DNA of 64,000 nucleotides from Elusimicrobiota bacterium (GTDB lineage: Bacteria > Elusimicrobiota > Elusimicrobia > UBA1565 > JACRDR01). The stretch spans positions 1 through 64,000 of the forward strand of contig JBGFSC010000025.1 in NCBI GenBank assembly GCA_041694815.1, given 5' to 3'. The first letter of the stretch is position 1, and the number at the start of each line of letters is the position of its first letter. Below are positions 19,709 through 28,141 of this stretch, piece after piece. Position numbers and translations under genes: made by a program. Below the pieces are notes generated by a model. That model did no database searches, had not been told where the DNA came from, and saw only the letters and a program-made list of their open reading frames with translations.

Positions 19709-20634
19709 GGATACTCATCACCGGGGGCGCCGGGTTCATCGGGAGCCACCTCTGCGAGCGCTTCCTCAAGGACGGCGACACGGTGATCGCGATGGACAAC
19801 CTCCTCACCGGCCGCATCGAGAACGTCAAGCACCTCTTCGGTCACGAGCGCTTCACCTTCCATAAGCAGGACGTCACCCAGTTCATCCACGTGCCGGGCA
19901 AGGTGGACGCGGTGCTGCATTTCGCCAGCCCTGCGAGCCCGGTCGATTACATGCATTTCCCGATCCCGACGCTCAAGGTCGGCGCGTTGGGGACGCACAA
20001 GGCGCTCGGCCTGGCCAAGGACAAGAAGGCCGTGTTCATGCTCGCCTCCACCTCGGAAGTCTACGGCGACCCGCAGGTCAACCCGCAGCCGGAGAGCTAC
20101 TGGGGCCATGTCAATCCCATCGGGCCGCGCGGGGTCTACGACGAGGCCAAGCGCTTCGCCGAGGCCATGACCATGGCCTATTATCGCTTCCACAAGATGC
20201 AGGTGCGCATCGCGCGCATCTTCAACACCTACGGCGAGCGCATGCGCATCGAAGACGGCCGGGCCGTGCCCAATTTCATGACCCAGGCGGTCAAGGGCCG
20301 GCCGATCACGATCTACGGCGACGGCCGACAGACCCGCAGCCTCTGCTACATCTCGGACTTGGTCGACGGCATCCACCGCCTGCTGCATTCCAAGGTCAAC
20401 GCCCCGGTCAACCTGGGGAACCCGCAGGAGATCACGATCGCCCGGCTCGCGGAGACGATCCGCTCCCTCTCGGGCTCTCGCTCCAAGATCGTCCGCAAGC
20501 CGCTTCCCGTCGACGACCCCAAGCAGCGCTGCCCCGACATCCGGCTGGCCCGCAAGCAGCTCGGCTGGTCGCCGAAGGTTCCCCTCGAGACCGGACTGCG
20601 CAAAACGCTTGCCTACTTCCGCCAAGCCCTGTAG
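19705..20634 (+). CDS. UDP-glucuronate decarboxylase (UDP-xylose synthase-like SDR)
   Basis: [57 protein letters not shown] overlap with ugd. Confidence 0.9.
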   Translation: MRILITGGAGFIGSHLCERFLKDGDTVIAMDNLLTGRIENVKHLFGHERFTFHKQDVTQFIHVPGKVDAVLHFASPASPVDYMHFPIPTLKVGALGTHKALGLAKDKKAVFMLASTSEVYGDPQVNPQPESYWGHVNPIGPRGVYDEAKRFAEAMTMAYYRFHKMQVRIARIFNTYGERMRIEDGRAVPNFMTQAVKGRPITIYGDGRQTRSLCYISDLVDGIHRLLHSKVNAPVNLGNPQEITIARLAETIRSLSGSRSKIVRKPLPVDDPKQRCPDIRLARKQLGWSPKVPLETGLRKTLAYFRQAL

Positions 20635-20743
20635 GTGCCAGGCATCCACTTTCTACACTTTCTCAACTTTCTCAGGCCTTAAGTATTTTTTGCAGCGTGA
20701 TAGCTTTTTTGTCGACAACCTGACACCCGTTCTTTCGAAAAGA

Positions 20744-20767
20744 AAGACCCCGGTTTCCCGGGGTCTT
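20744..20767 (-). terminator. Probable intrinsic terminator
   Basis: 10-bp stem AAGACCCCGG/CCGGGGTCTT with a 4-nt loop, followed by TCTTTT on the minus strand. Confidence 0.6.
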
Positions 20768-20990
20768 GGGTAGTTCAACTCGCTGACCGTCAACGAGGAA
20801 TATAATAGACGTCCCGTATTTTGTCAATCGTTCCGGCTGTGGGCCCGAAGTAGTTCGACTCCCACGAGCTGACAATAGAACTGACACTTGGACCCAGGGG
20901 CTTCAAAATTGTCGGTCAAAATGTCAGCCGCACGACCGCAGGGCCTGAGTGCTTCCGAAAGGCCCTATGTTCTGGCCTTTGAGTTTGCCG

Positions 20991-21608
20991 TCACCAGTGA
21001 TCATGGCTCGTCCCGATCTCACATTTCCCATACGACCAGGCGCTCCCGCCCTCGCAACGATAGCCTTGCGGGCAGTCGCCGGCGCTGTGGCAGCCGCCGC
21101 TGCTGCCCCAGGGATCGGAGCTCTTGCCGGCCTCGCATTTCCCATACGACCACGAGCTGCCGCCCTGACACCGGTAGCCTTCCGGACAATCGCTCGCGCT
21201 GCGGCAGCCGCCATTGCCCCAGCTGTCGGAGCTTTTGCCGGCCTCGCATTTCCCGTACGACCACGAGCTGCCGCCCTGGCATCGGTAGCCCTCCGGACAA
21301 TCGCTCGCGCTGCGGCAGCCGCCGCTGCTGCCCCAGGGATCGGAGCTCTTGCCGGCTTCGCATTTCCCATACGACCACGAGCTGCCGCCCTGGCATCGAT
21401 ATCCTTGGGGGCAGTCTTCGGCGCTGCGGCAGCCGCCGTTGCCCCAGCCATCGGAGCTCTTGCCGGCTTCGCATTTCCCATACGACCACGAGCTGCCGCC
21501 CTGACACCGGTAGCCTTCCGGGCAATCGCTCGCGCTGCGGCACCCGCCGCCGGCCGAGGAGATGCCAGACTGCGCGCCGAGAATCAAAATGACGATCAAG
21601 TTCATCAT
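20991..21608 (-). CDS. Secreted Cys/Gly/Ser-rich protein of five tandem four-Cys repeats
   Basis: SD AAGGAGGT; hydrophobic signal; repeat unit GGCRSASDCPEGYRCQGGSSWSYGKCEAGKSSDxWG. Confidence 0.85.
   Translation of the reverse strand: MMNLIVILILGAQSGISSAGGGCRSASDCPEGYRCQGGSSWSYGKCEAGKSSDGWGNGGCRSAEDCPQGYRCQGGSSWSYGKCEAGKSSDPWGSSGGCRSASDCPEGYRCQGGSSWSYGKCEAGKSSDSWGNGGCRSASDCPEGYRCQGGSSWSYGKCEAGKSSDPWGSSGGCHSAGDCPQGYRCEGGSAWSYGKCEIGTSHDHW
20994..21548 (-). repeat. Coding tandem repeat, five units alternating 111 and 114 bp
   Basis: Near-identical units (e.g. CATTTCCCATACGACCACGAGCTGCCGCCCTG recurs); unit lengths are multiples of 3. Confidence 0.9.
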
Positions 21609-21791
21609 AGTCACACCTCCTTACTTACGAGGATTTATAGCCGGTAAAGCCCAGGCGCCAGGACAGGAAGACCTAACCGCCTCCAAGGCCCTTGGTCCTA
21701 TATTCTTTCAGCTTCCCGTTATTGAAAATTTAACAAGGTACAGCTACCCTTTTGGAGTTGCCGCGAATACTTTTTATTAGGGAAGGCTGAC

Positions 21792-24700
21792 ATGGACGAA
21801 CCCCAAATGGACCCCTCCGCCGTCACCGACGTCGAGACGGCGCGGCTCGCCCTGCGCTGGGCCTTAGAGCGCATCCATCTCCTCCAGGAGGAGTCCGGCA
21901 AGGCCAAGGAAACAGCCAAGGACGCCCTGGAAAAGCTTCGCCTAGCGGGCGAGGCCCTGGCCCAGAAAGACGAGACCCTACGACGCTGGCAAAACACGCT
22001 CAAGACCTGGGAAGCCAATCTCCGAGACCACCAGAGCATGGAGGAAACGATCCGAGAGCGCCTGCGCAAGGAGCTCATGGTCGAGGAGGACGCCCGGCAG
22101 CAGGAGGCGCGCAACCAGCTCCTCAAGCAGATCGACTCGCTCAGGCGGGAATTGACGGAGCGCGAGAGCGCCATCGGGCAGCTCAAGCGCGACCATATCG
22201 ACGCGCTCCGGGACGTACGCCGCCAGATGGAGAAAGAGGCCGAGAATCTGCTCCGCCACCAGGAGAAGGCCTTCGAGCAAACGAAGGCCGCCATACTGGA
22301 GCGCGTCAAGGTCCAGGAGGAGAGCCTGCGGGCCAAGGAGCAGGACTTAGAGCGCCAGCAGCGCATGCTCGACGAGAGGGTCTCGGCCCGGGAGCTCGAG
22401 ATCCGCAAGAATTACCAGGGCCTGGAGGCGGAGCTCGAGCGGCACGCTCGCGAGGCCCTGGCGCTCCAAGAGAAGGAGCTCAGGGCCGATTACGCCAAGC
22501 GGGCGCAGGAACTGGAAGCCTCCTACAAGAACAAGGTCGAGGCCGAATGGGGACACTTCCACGAGAAGCTAGAAGCCGAACGCCGGCTCATGGAGCAGCA
22601 TTACCGCGAGAAGGAGGCCAAGCTCGATCAGGCCGTTTTGTTGCGCAACCAGGACATACAGGCCCATTACCAGCAGACCGAGCAGGCCCTCATCGCCAAG
22701 TACCAGGCGATCCAGGATCAATTGATCGCCAAGGAGAAGGAGCTGTGGGCGGCCCATCGCAAGCAGCTCGACGAATCCCTGGCGAAGAACCGCAACGAAG
22801 TCGAGGAGCAGCGGCGGCAGCTCGAGCAGGCCTACCTGCAGAAGCAGGCGGCCCTCAACGCAGAGCGCCAAGAGCTGCGCGAAGCGCTTTCGAAAAAGGA
22901 GGCCGAATTCGCGGCGCGCCACGAGGCGCTGGTCCTGGAATACCGGGCCGTGGAGGAGAAGCTGCGCTCGCAGCTGGAGGAGGAGCGCGCGGCGATGGAG
23001 ACACGCCTCAAGGAACGGGAGCTCGAGCTCGAATCCCGACAACAGCAGCTGCTCGAGCAGTCACGGGCCAAGGAAATCGAGCTCCGCGGCCACCTGGAGG
23101 CCGAACGCGCGCAGTTGGAGCAGCATTTTAAGGCCAAGGAAGCAGAACTGGACCGGCGCCTGGCCTCCGCCGAAGCGCAACTGGAATCCCGGACCGCCGA
23201 GTTGGAGGCGGCCTACCAGGAGAAAGAAAAGGCCTTGCGCGCGAGGCAGGCGGAGGAGGAATCGGAGGCCGCCAAGCGCTGGACGCAGCGGGAGCGCGAG
23301 CTCCTCGCCGAGCAGCAGAAGATCCTGGAGGCCGTCCGTGGCGAGGCCCGCTCCGAACTCGACGCCGAGCGCAGGCATTTGGAGGCGCTGCTTTCTCAGC
23401 GCCAGGCCGAGTGGTCCGAGACGATGGCCGCCCAAGAGGCCCAGCTGCGGCAGAATCTGCAGGAGGAGCAGGCCCGCTGGCTCGCCGCGCAGCAGGCGCT
23501 CTACGAGGGACTGCGAAAGGAACTCGCCGCGAAGGCCATCGAGGAATCGGCGGCATTGCGCCGGCAACATGACCAACAATTGGGCCGCGAACTGGAGGCG
23601 CTGCAAAAACGCCACGCGGACGAGCTCGCGGCGGCGGAGAAAAAGCTCAAGGAGCGGCTCCAAGCCGCCTTCGCCGAGAAGGAAAGGCGACTCCTGGAGG
23701 CCTTCGAGCTCCAGGAGGCCGAGCTGCGAGCGGAACTCGCGGAGAGGGACGCGGGCTACCGCGCGGCGCATGAGCGCGCCTACGAGGAGAAGCGCCGCGC
23801 CCTGGCCCAGGAGTTTTCGGAGCGCGAGCGCGAGCTCGAGTCTCGGCTCACCGCGCGCGAAGCTCAGTCCCGCGAGGCCTGGGCCAAGCGGGAGGCGGAG
23901 ATATTGGCGCAGCGGGACGCTCTGATCGCCAACGAGCGCGCGCGCCTAGAGCACGAGTTCAAGCAGAAGCAGTCCCTGCTGGAATCCGAACGCATGCGGG
24001 CCCAGGAGGAGCAGTCCGCCCGGATACGGGAACTGGAGTCCGGCTACAGCGAGAAGCTGCGGCGCATGGAGGAGGACTACCAGCGGAGGCACGAGGAGCT
24101 CGAGGCCGCCCGGATCCAGATGGTCCTGGAGAACCGCAACCGCGAGGCGAAGATGGAGGAGAGGATCCAGGCCCGTGAGGCGGAGCTCAAGCGGGCTTTC
24201 GACGCCCGGAAGGCCGAGTTCGACGAGAAGGAAGTGCAGATGCAGGCCCGCTGGATACAGCGGGAAGCAGAGCTGAGTGAGGCGCTCTCCGCCCGCGAGG
24301 CGGCCTGGATGAAGGCGCAGCGTGACTCCATGTCCCGCGAGCAGCAGGTGGCCGACGCCGCCAAGCAGCAGGAATGGCAGGCCAGGCGCGAGGAGCTGGA
24401 GTTGAGCTACCAAGAGCGCGCCAAGATGCTCGACGACGCCGCGCGCGCCAAGCAGCGCGAGATGGAGGAATTCCTGCTGCGCAAGGAGAAGGACCTCATC
24501 CTCGCCTACGAGGAGCGGGTATTCAAGGCCAGGACCGAGCTCGACGCCGCCTACCAATCCCGCGAGGAGGCCTTGGAGCTCAAGCACCTGGAGCTCGAGC
24601 GCAAATTGACCGCGAACTGGGTCTCGCGCGAGACGGCTTGGAAGCAGCAGAAGACCGACATCATGGACCGAGAGATCGCCGCGCTCCGACAGGATTTCAT

Positions 24701-25064
24701 CCAGAAGGAAGCCGCGCTGAGCGCGCGCGTGGCGGAGCAGGAGAGGGTCCTGGCCGAGCGCAAGAAGGAGCTCGAGGAGAAATACGAGTGCCTGCAGCGC
24801 GAGGCCCAAGAGGCGCTCGGGCAGGAGCGCTCACGGCAGAACCTGGAGCTGCTCGAGAAGGAGCAGGCTCTCATCGAGCAGTACCAGAAACGCGAGGCCG
24901 AAATGGTCGGCGATTACAATCACAAGCGGGCGGAGATGGCCTCGCTTTACGAGGAAAAACTACGCCGCCTGGCCGCCGAGCGCGCCCAATTGCAGAAGGA
25001 TTACGAGAAAAAGATTTTGGACCTCGCCGAACGGGGCAAGGATCAGCCTCGGGCGAAGGACTAA
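21792..25064 (+). CDS. Very long E/K/R/A-rich coiled-coil protein, 1090 aa
   Basis: Helical composition throughout, almost no Pro or Gly, no signal or TM segment, no Walker motif. Confidence 0.88.
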   Translation: MDEPQMDPSAVTDVETARLALRWALERIHLLQEESGKAKETAKDALEKLRLAGEALAQKDETLRRWQNTLKTWEANLRDHQSMEETIRERLRKELMVEEDARQQEARNQLLKQIDSLRRELTERESAIGQLKRDHIDALRDVRRQMEKEAENLLRHQEKAFEQTKAAILERVKVQEESLRAKEQDLERQQRMLDERVSARELEIRKNYQGLEAELERHAREALALQEKELRADYAKRAQELEASYKNKVEAEWGHFHEKLEAERRLMEQHYREKEAKLDQAVLLRNQDIQAHYQQTEQALIAKYQAIQDQLIAKEKELWAAHRKQLDESLAKNRNEVEEQRRQLEQAYLQKQAALNAERQELREALSKKEAEFAARHEALVLEYRAVEEKLRSQLEEERAAMETRLKERELELESRQQQLLEQSRAKEIELRGHLEAERAQLEQHFKAKEAELDRRLASAEAQLESRTAELEAAYQEKEKALRARQAEEESEAAKRWTQRERELLAEQQKILEAVRGEARSELDAERRHLEALLSQRQAEWSETMAAQEAQLRQNLQEEQARWLAAQQALYEGLRKELAAKAIEESAALRRQHDQQLGRELEALQKRHADELAAAEKKLKERLQAAFAEKERRLLEAFELQEAELRAELAERDAGYRAAHERAYEEKRRALAQEFSERERELESRLTAREAQSREAWAKREAEILAQRDALIANERARLEHEFKQKQSLLESERMRAQEEQSARIRELESGYSEKLRRMEEDYQRRHEELEAARIQMVLENRNREAKMEERIQAREAELKRAFDARKAEFDEKEVQMQARWIQREAELSEALSAREAAWMKAQRDSMSREQQVADAAKQQEWQARREELELSYQERAKMLDDAARAKQREMEEFLLRKEKDLILAYEERVFKARTELDAAYQSREEALELKHLELERKLTANWVSRETAWKQQKTDIMDREIAALRQDFIQKEAALSARVAEQERVLAERKKELEEKYECLQREAQEALGQERSRQNLELLEKEQALIEQYQKREAEMVGDYNHKRAEMASLYEEKLRRLAAERAQLQKDYEKKILDLAERGKDQPRAKD

Positions 25065-25128
25065 AGGCCTAGTCCCGTAAGGCCTTTCGGCCCAGGCGTC
25101 AATCCTCCCGTCCGCCTATACTGTAGGC

Positions 25129-26364
25129 GTGAAACGCATTTTACCACCTATTCTTTCGCTTTTTCTCTTTTCTGCCTCCATGGCTCAGAATCCGTCAGAA
25201 GGGCTCAACCAGCTCTTCGACGGCTCTTCCAGCCGAGGCCTGCTCGACGATTTCATTAAGAAGGACCTGGTCAAGGAAAAGCTGCGCCTGGAGGATTACA
25301 GCGTTTACGGAGTCGCCTATAGCCCCGATGGAACGAAATTCGCTACGGGCGGCGGCGACGGCATGGTGCTTCTCTGGGACGCGGTAAGCGGCAAGCTCCT
25401 TCGCTCCTTCATGGGCCATCCCGGACATCCGACTGCCTCCTGCTCCGCAAGCGTATGCGCGTCGGCCCCGCCCAAAGGCGAGGCGATCCGTTCGATCCAG
25501 TTCAGCAAGGACGGTTCCTGGCTCATGACCGCGACCTTCGGGGAAGTATCCCTTTGGAACCCTCAGACTGGCGAGAAAGTATCCCATCTCGATCCCGAGC
25601 ACTTCGTCATAGGCCAGGCGGTTTTAAGCCCCGATGCGTCTCGTATCTTGTTGCGGGACGATGTCAGGGGACCCGGGGTTTTCGATACGCGCACCCAAAA
25701 ACAATTAACGGACCTTCGAAAACCTTTCCGGAATATCGTCGCGGCCTCTCTAAGCCCGGACGGGCTCAAACTCCTGACGGCCGCAAATACCAGCGAGTGC
25801 GGGATAATCTGCGACTGGATCGGCATCGCCAAGGAGCTTCATCCACGTTGGCCCATAGGAAATGTCAAGGAACGGTCGATCAAGGGTGGAGGCCGGCTGG
25901 CGGGCGCATGGTTCAGCCCGGACGGATCGAAACTGCTCACCAACAATTTCTCCGATTACCGATTCACACTTTGGAATACAGCGGACTGGCAAAAAATTAC
26001 CGATCTTAAAGACCTCCGAGGGCCCATCGAATCGGCCGTGTGGAGCCCCGACGGCTCGAAGCTGCTCATCATCGGCTTCGAGGATCCGATCATTTACGAC
26101 GTGCATAGCGGCACGCCATGGATCGCATTGCCCGTCGGCCGGACCCTATCGGGCGCCTTTTCCGAGGACGGCAGCCGCTTGATCCTAACCGCCGCGGACC
26201 GCAGCATCCGCATGTGGCGGATCGGGATGAACGCGGAGGACGAGAGGGAGTTGGCGAAAAGCTACTCCGGTCCCCTGTCGCAACAGGCCTCGACCTCCTC
26301 GGCGCCCAAGGGAAGCGCCGAGGAACGCTTCAAGATCGACTGGGGATTGTTCCTTAAGCCTTAG
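25129..26364 (+). CDS. Secreted WD40-repeat beta-propeller protein, C-terminal AEERFK
   Basis: About 7 SPDG/SKDG...LWD/LWN repeats; signal peptide; TATACT 6 nt before the GTG. Confidence 0.88.
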   Translation: MKRILPPILSLFLFSASMAQNPSEGLNQLFDGSSSRGLLDDFIKKDLVKEKLRLEDYSVYGVAYSPDGTKFATGGGDGMVLLWDAVSGKLLRSFMGHPGHPTASCSASVCASAPPKGEAIRSIQFSKDGSWLMTATFGEVSLWNPQTGEKVSHLDPEHFVIGQAVLSPDASRILLRDDVRGPGVFDTRTQKQLTDLRKPFRNIVAASLSPDGLKLLTAANTSECGIICDWIGIAKELHPRWPIGNVKERSIKGGGRLAGAWFSPDGSKLLTNNFSDYRFTLWNTADWQKITDLKDLRGPIESAVWSPDGSKLLIIGFEDPIIYDVHSGTPWIALPVGRTLSGAFSEDGSRLILTAADRSIRMWRIGMNAEDERELAKSYSGPLSQQASTSSAPKGSAEERFKIDWGLFLKP

Positions 26365-28141
26365 GCAGAACCAGGAAAAATTCGCAGCCGCGGCCCACGC
26401 TCGATTTGACCCCGACGCGCCCGCCGTGCGCCTCGACGACGTTCTTGACGTAGGCGAGACCCAGGCCCATCCCGTCGACCTGTCCCGTGAAATCGCCGTC
26501 GACTTGGTAGAATTTCCTAAACAAGCGCGGGTGCTCTTCCTCGGGAATACCGGGCCCGTTGTCGACGACCGATATCCGCACGCCGCCGTCCTCCTCGGCA
26601 GCGTGAATATCCACCCGCCGGTCTTCTTTAGGGTTGAACTTGATCGCGTTCTCGATGAGATTGCGTACCGCCTCCTTGAGGCGGTAGAGGTCGCCCAAAA
26701 ACGGCGGGGCCGCGCGCAGGGCGGCGGCGTCGAAGCTCACGCGCGCCTTTTTTTCCGCGGCGTAGTCCTCCGCCGCCTTGCAGGCCTGCTCGACTAAGGC
26801 CTGCACCTCCGAGGGCTTCTTGTCTAAGACCAGCATCTCCGGATTGTAGACGGAGGCGAAGAAGAGCAGCTTGTCGACCATCGCGTTGAGCTTCTGCTGC
26901 TGGTTGACGAGCGATTGCAGTATCTGCCTTTGCGGCCCCTTGAGACCGGTCAGCTCGGCCAGGAGTATGTCGAGGTAACCCATCGACGCCATCAAGGGGG
27001 TGCGGACCTTGTGAGAGATGAGGGATAAGACGCTGCGCGCGAGCACCTCCTCGCGCTTTTCCGAAGTCGCGTCGCGGAACACCCATAGGAACCCGGCCGA
27101 GGCGGCCTGCGGGCCCAGGCGGTCCCGGGTCCCCGCCAGGATCAGCAATTGGGGCTCCTTGCGGCTGAACTCGAAATTGGCGCTGCGGCCATCGGCCCGG
27201 AAAAGCTCGTCGATGGGCGTTCCCTGGAACCGGGAAAGGGCCTCTTGGATCGTCTTCGGCGCCGACTCCACGGGCGACGCCGAAGAATCGCCGAAGCCGA
27301 AGAGGCGGCGCGCCGTCTCGTTGAGCAGCAGGAAGCGCCCCTCGGGATCGGTCAAGGCCATGCCCTCGTGCGTCTCCGAAAATAGGGTCGTCCATTTTTC
27401 CTTTTCTTCCTTAATGGCGGCGAAGGCGAGCGCGTTGGCCACGGCCATCTCGTTGAAGGCCCGAGCGAGCGTGCCGATCTCGTCTTGGCTCCTCCATTCC
27501 ACTTGAGCGCCAAGGTTTCCCCGCCCGATCTCGCGCGCGGCGGAAGCGAGCAGCGGCAAAGGGCGCGTGATCCAGCCCACGATCATCACCGTTCCTACCA
27601 CCGCCGCGAGAATGGCGACGGCGGTGATTACGAGTATCTGCCGCTTCGAGGAGCGCAGCGCCTCCTCGACCGAATCCCGGGTGAAGCCCATGCGCACGGT
27701 CCCCACGCGGCGCTCGCGCACGGCCACGGGAACCGCCAGGTCGAAATACTCGACGCCGTCGGCCGCGCGGTACTGCTGCAGCAGGCTGCCGCGGCTGGCC
27801 CTGGCCTTCAAACCCTCGGCGGTTTGGTCGATCTCGCCCACGTGGGCCGGATCGGAATGGGACATGATCTTGCCGTCGGTATCCATTACCTCGGCATAGA
27901 CCACCCCCTCCTCATTGAGCAGCTCCTGGACGGTGAAATGCAGGGCGAAGGGCTCGAGTTTCGGGAAGATCGCCTCGCGGCAGGAGCGCGAGAAGGCCTC
28001 GGCCCGCACCCGCATTTGCCCGATGAAGCCCAGCCGGGCATTTTCCAGGATCCGATGCGCCATCAGTCCGATCACCCCCAAAACCAGCAGGGAGCTCAAG
28101 AGCGACAATTTGAACGCGATGCTGCGCAAGGGGTTCTTCAT
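26354..28141 (-). CDS. Membrane sensor histidine kinase (periplasmic domain, HAMP, PAS, HATPase)
   Basis: Two TM segments, DEIGTLARAFNEM HAMP, SHKVRTPL H-box, NLIENAIKFN, DNGPGI, GMGLGL. Confidence 0.9.
   Translation of the reverse strand: MKNPLRSIAFKLSLLSSLLVLGVIGLMAHRILENARLGFIGQMRVRAEAFSRSCREAIFPKLEPFALHFTVQELLNEEGVVYAEVMDTDGKIMSHSDPAHVGEIDQTAEGLKARASRGSLLQQYRAADGVEYFDLAVPVAVRERRVGTVRMGFTRDSVEEALRSSKRQILVITAVAILAAVVGTVMIVGWITRPLPLLASAAREIGRGNLGAQVEWRSQDEIGTLARAFNEMAVANALAFAAIKEEKEKWTTLFSETHEGMALTDPEGRFLLLNETARRLFGFGDSSASPVESAPKTIQEALSRFQGTPIDELFRADGRSANFEFSRKEPQLLILAGTRDRLGPQAASAGFLWVFRDATSEKREEVLARSVLSLISHKVRTPLMASMGYLDILLAELTGLKGPQRQILQSLVNQQQKLNAMVDKLLFFASVYNPEMLVLDKKPSEVQALVEQACKAAEDYAAEKKARVSFDAAALRAAPPFLGDLYRLKEAVRNLIENAIKFNPKEDRRVDIHAAEEDGGVRISVVDNGPGIPEEEHPRLFRKFYQVDGDFTGQVDGMGLGLAYVKNVVEAHGGRVGVKSSVGRGCEFFLVLPKA

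Noticed and set aside
20994..21548. Regular repeats as a CRISPR array
   Set aside because: Units are 111/114 bp, in frame, with no unique spacers and no cas genes; this is a coding repeat.
20888..21647. Alternative-frame ORFs across the Cys-repeat gene
   Set aside because: They stay open only because the repeat lacks stops; only 20991-21608(-) has an SD and a signal peptide.
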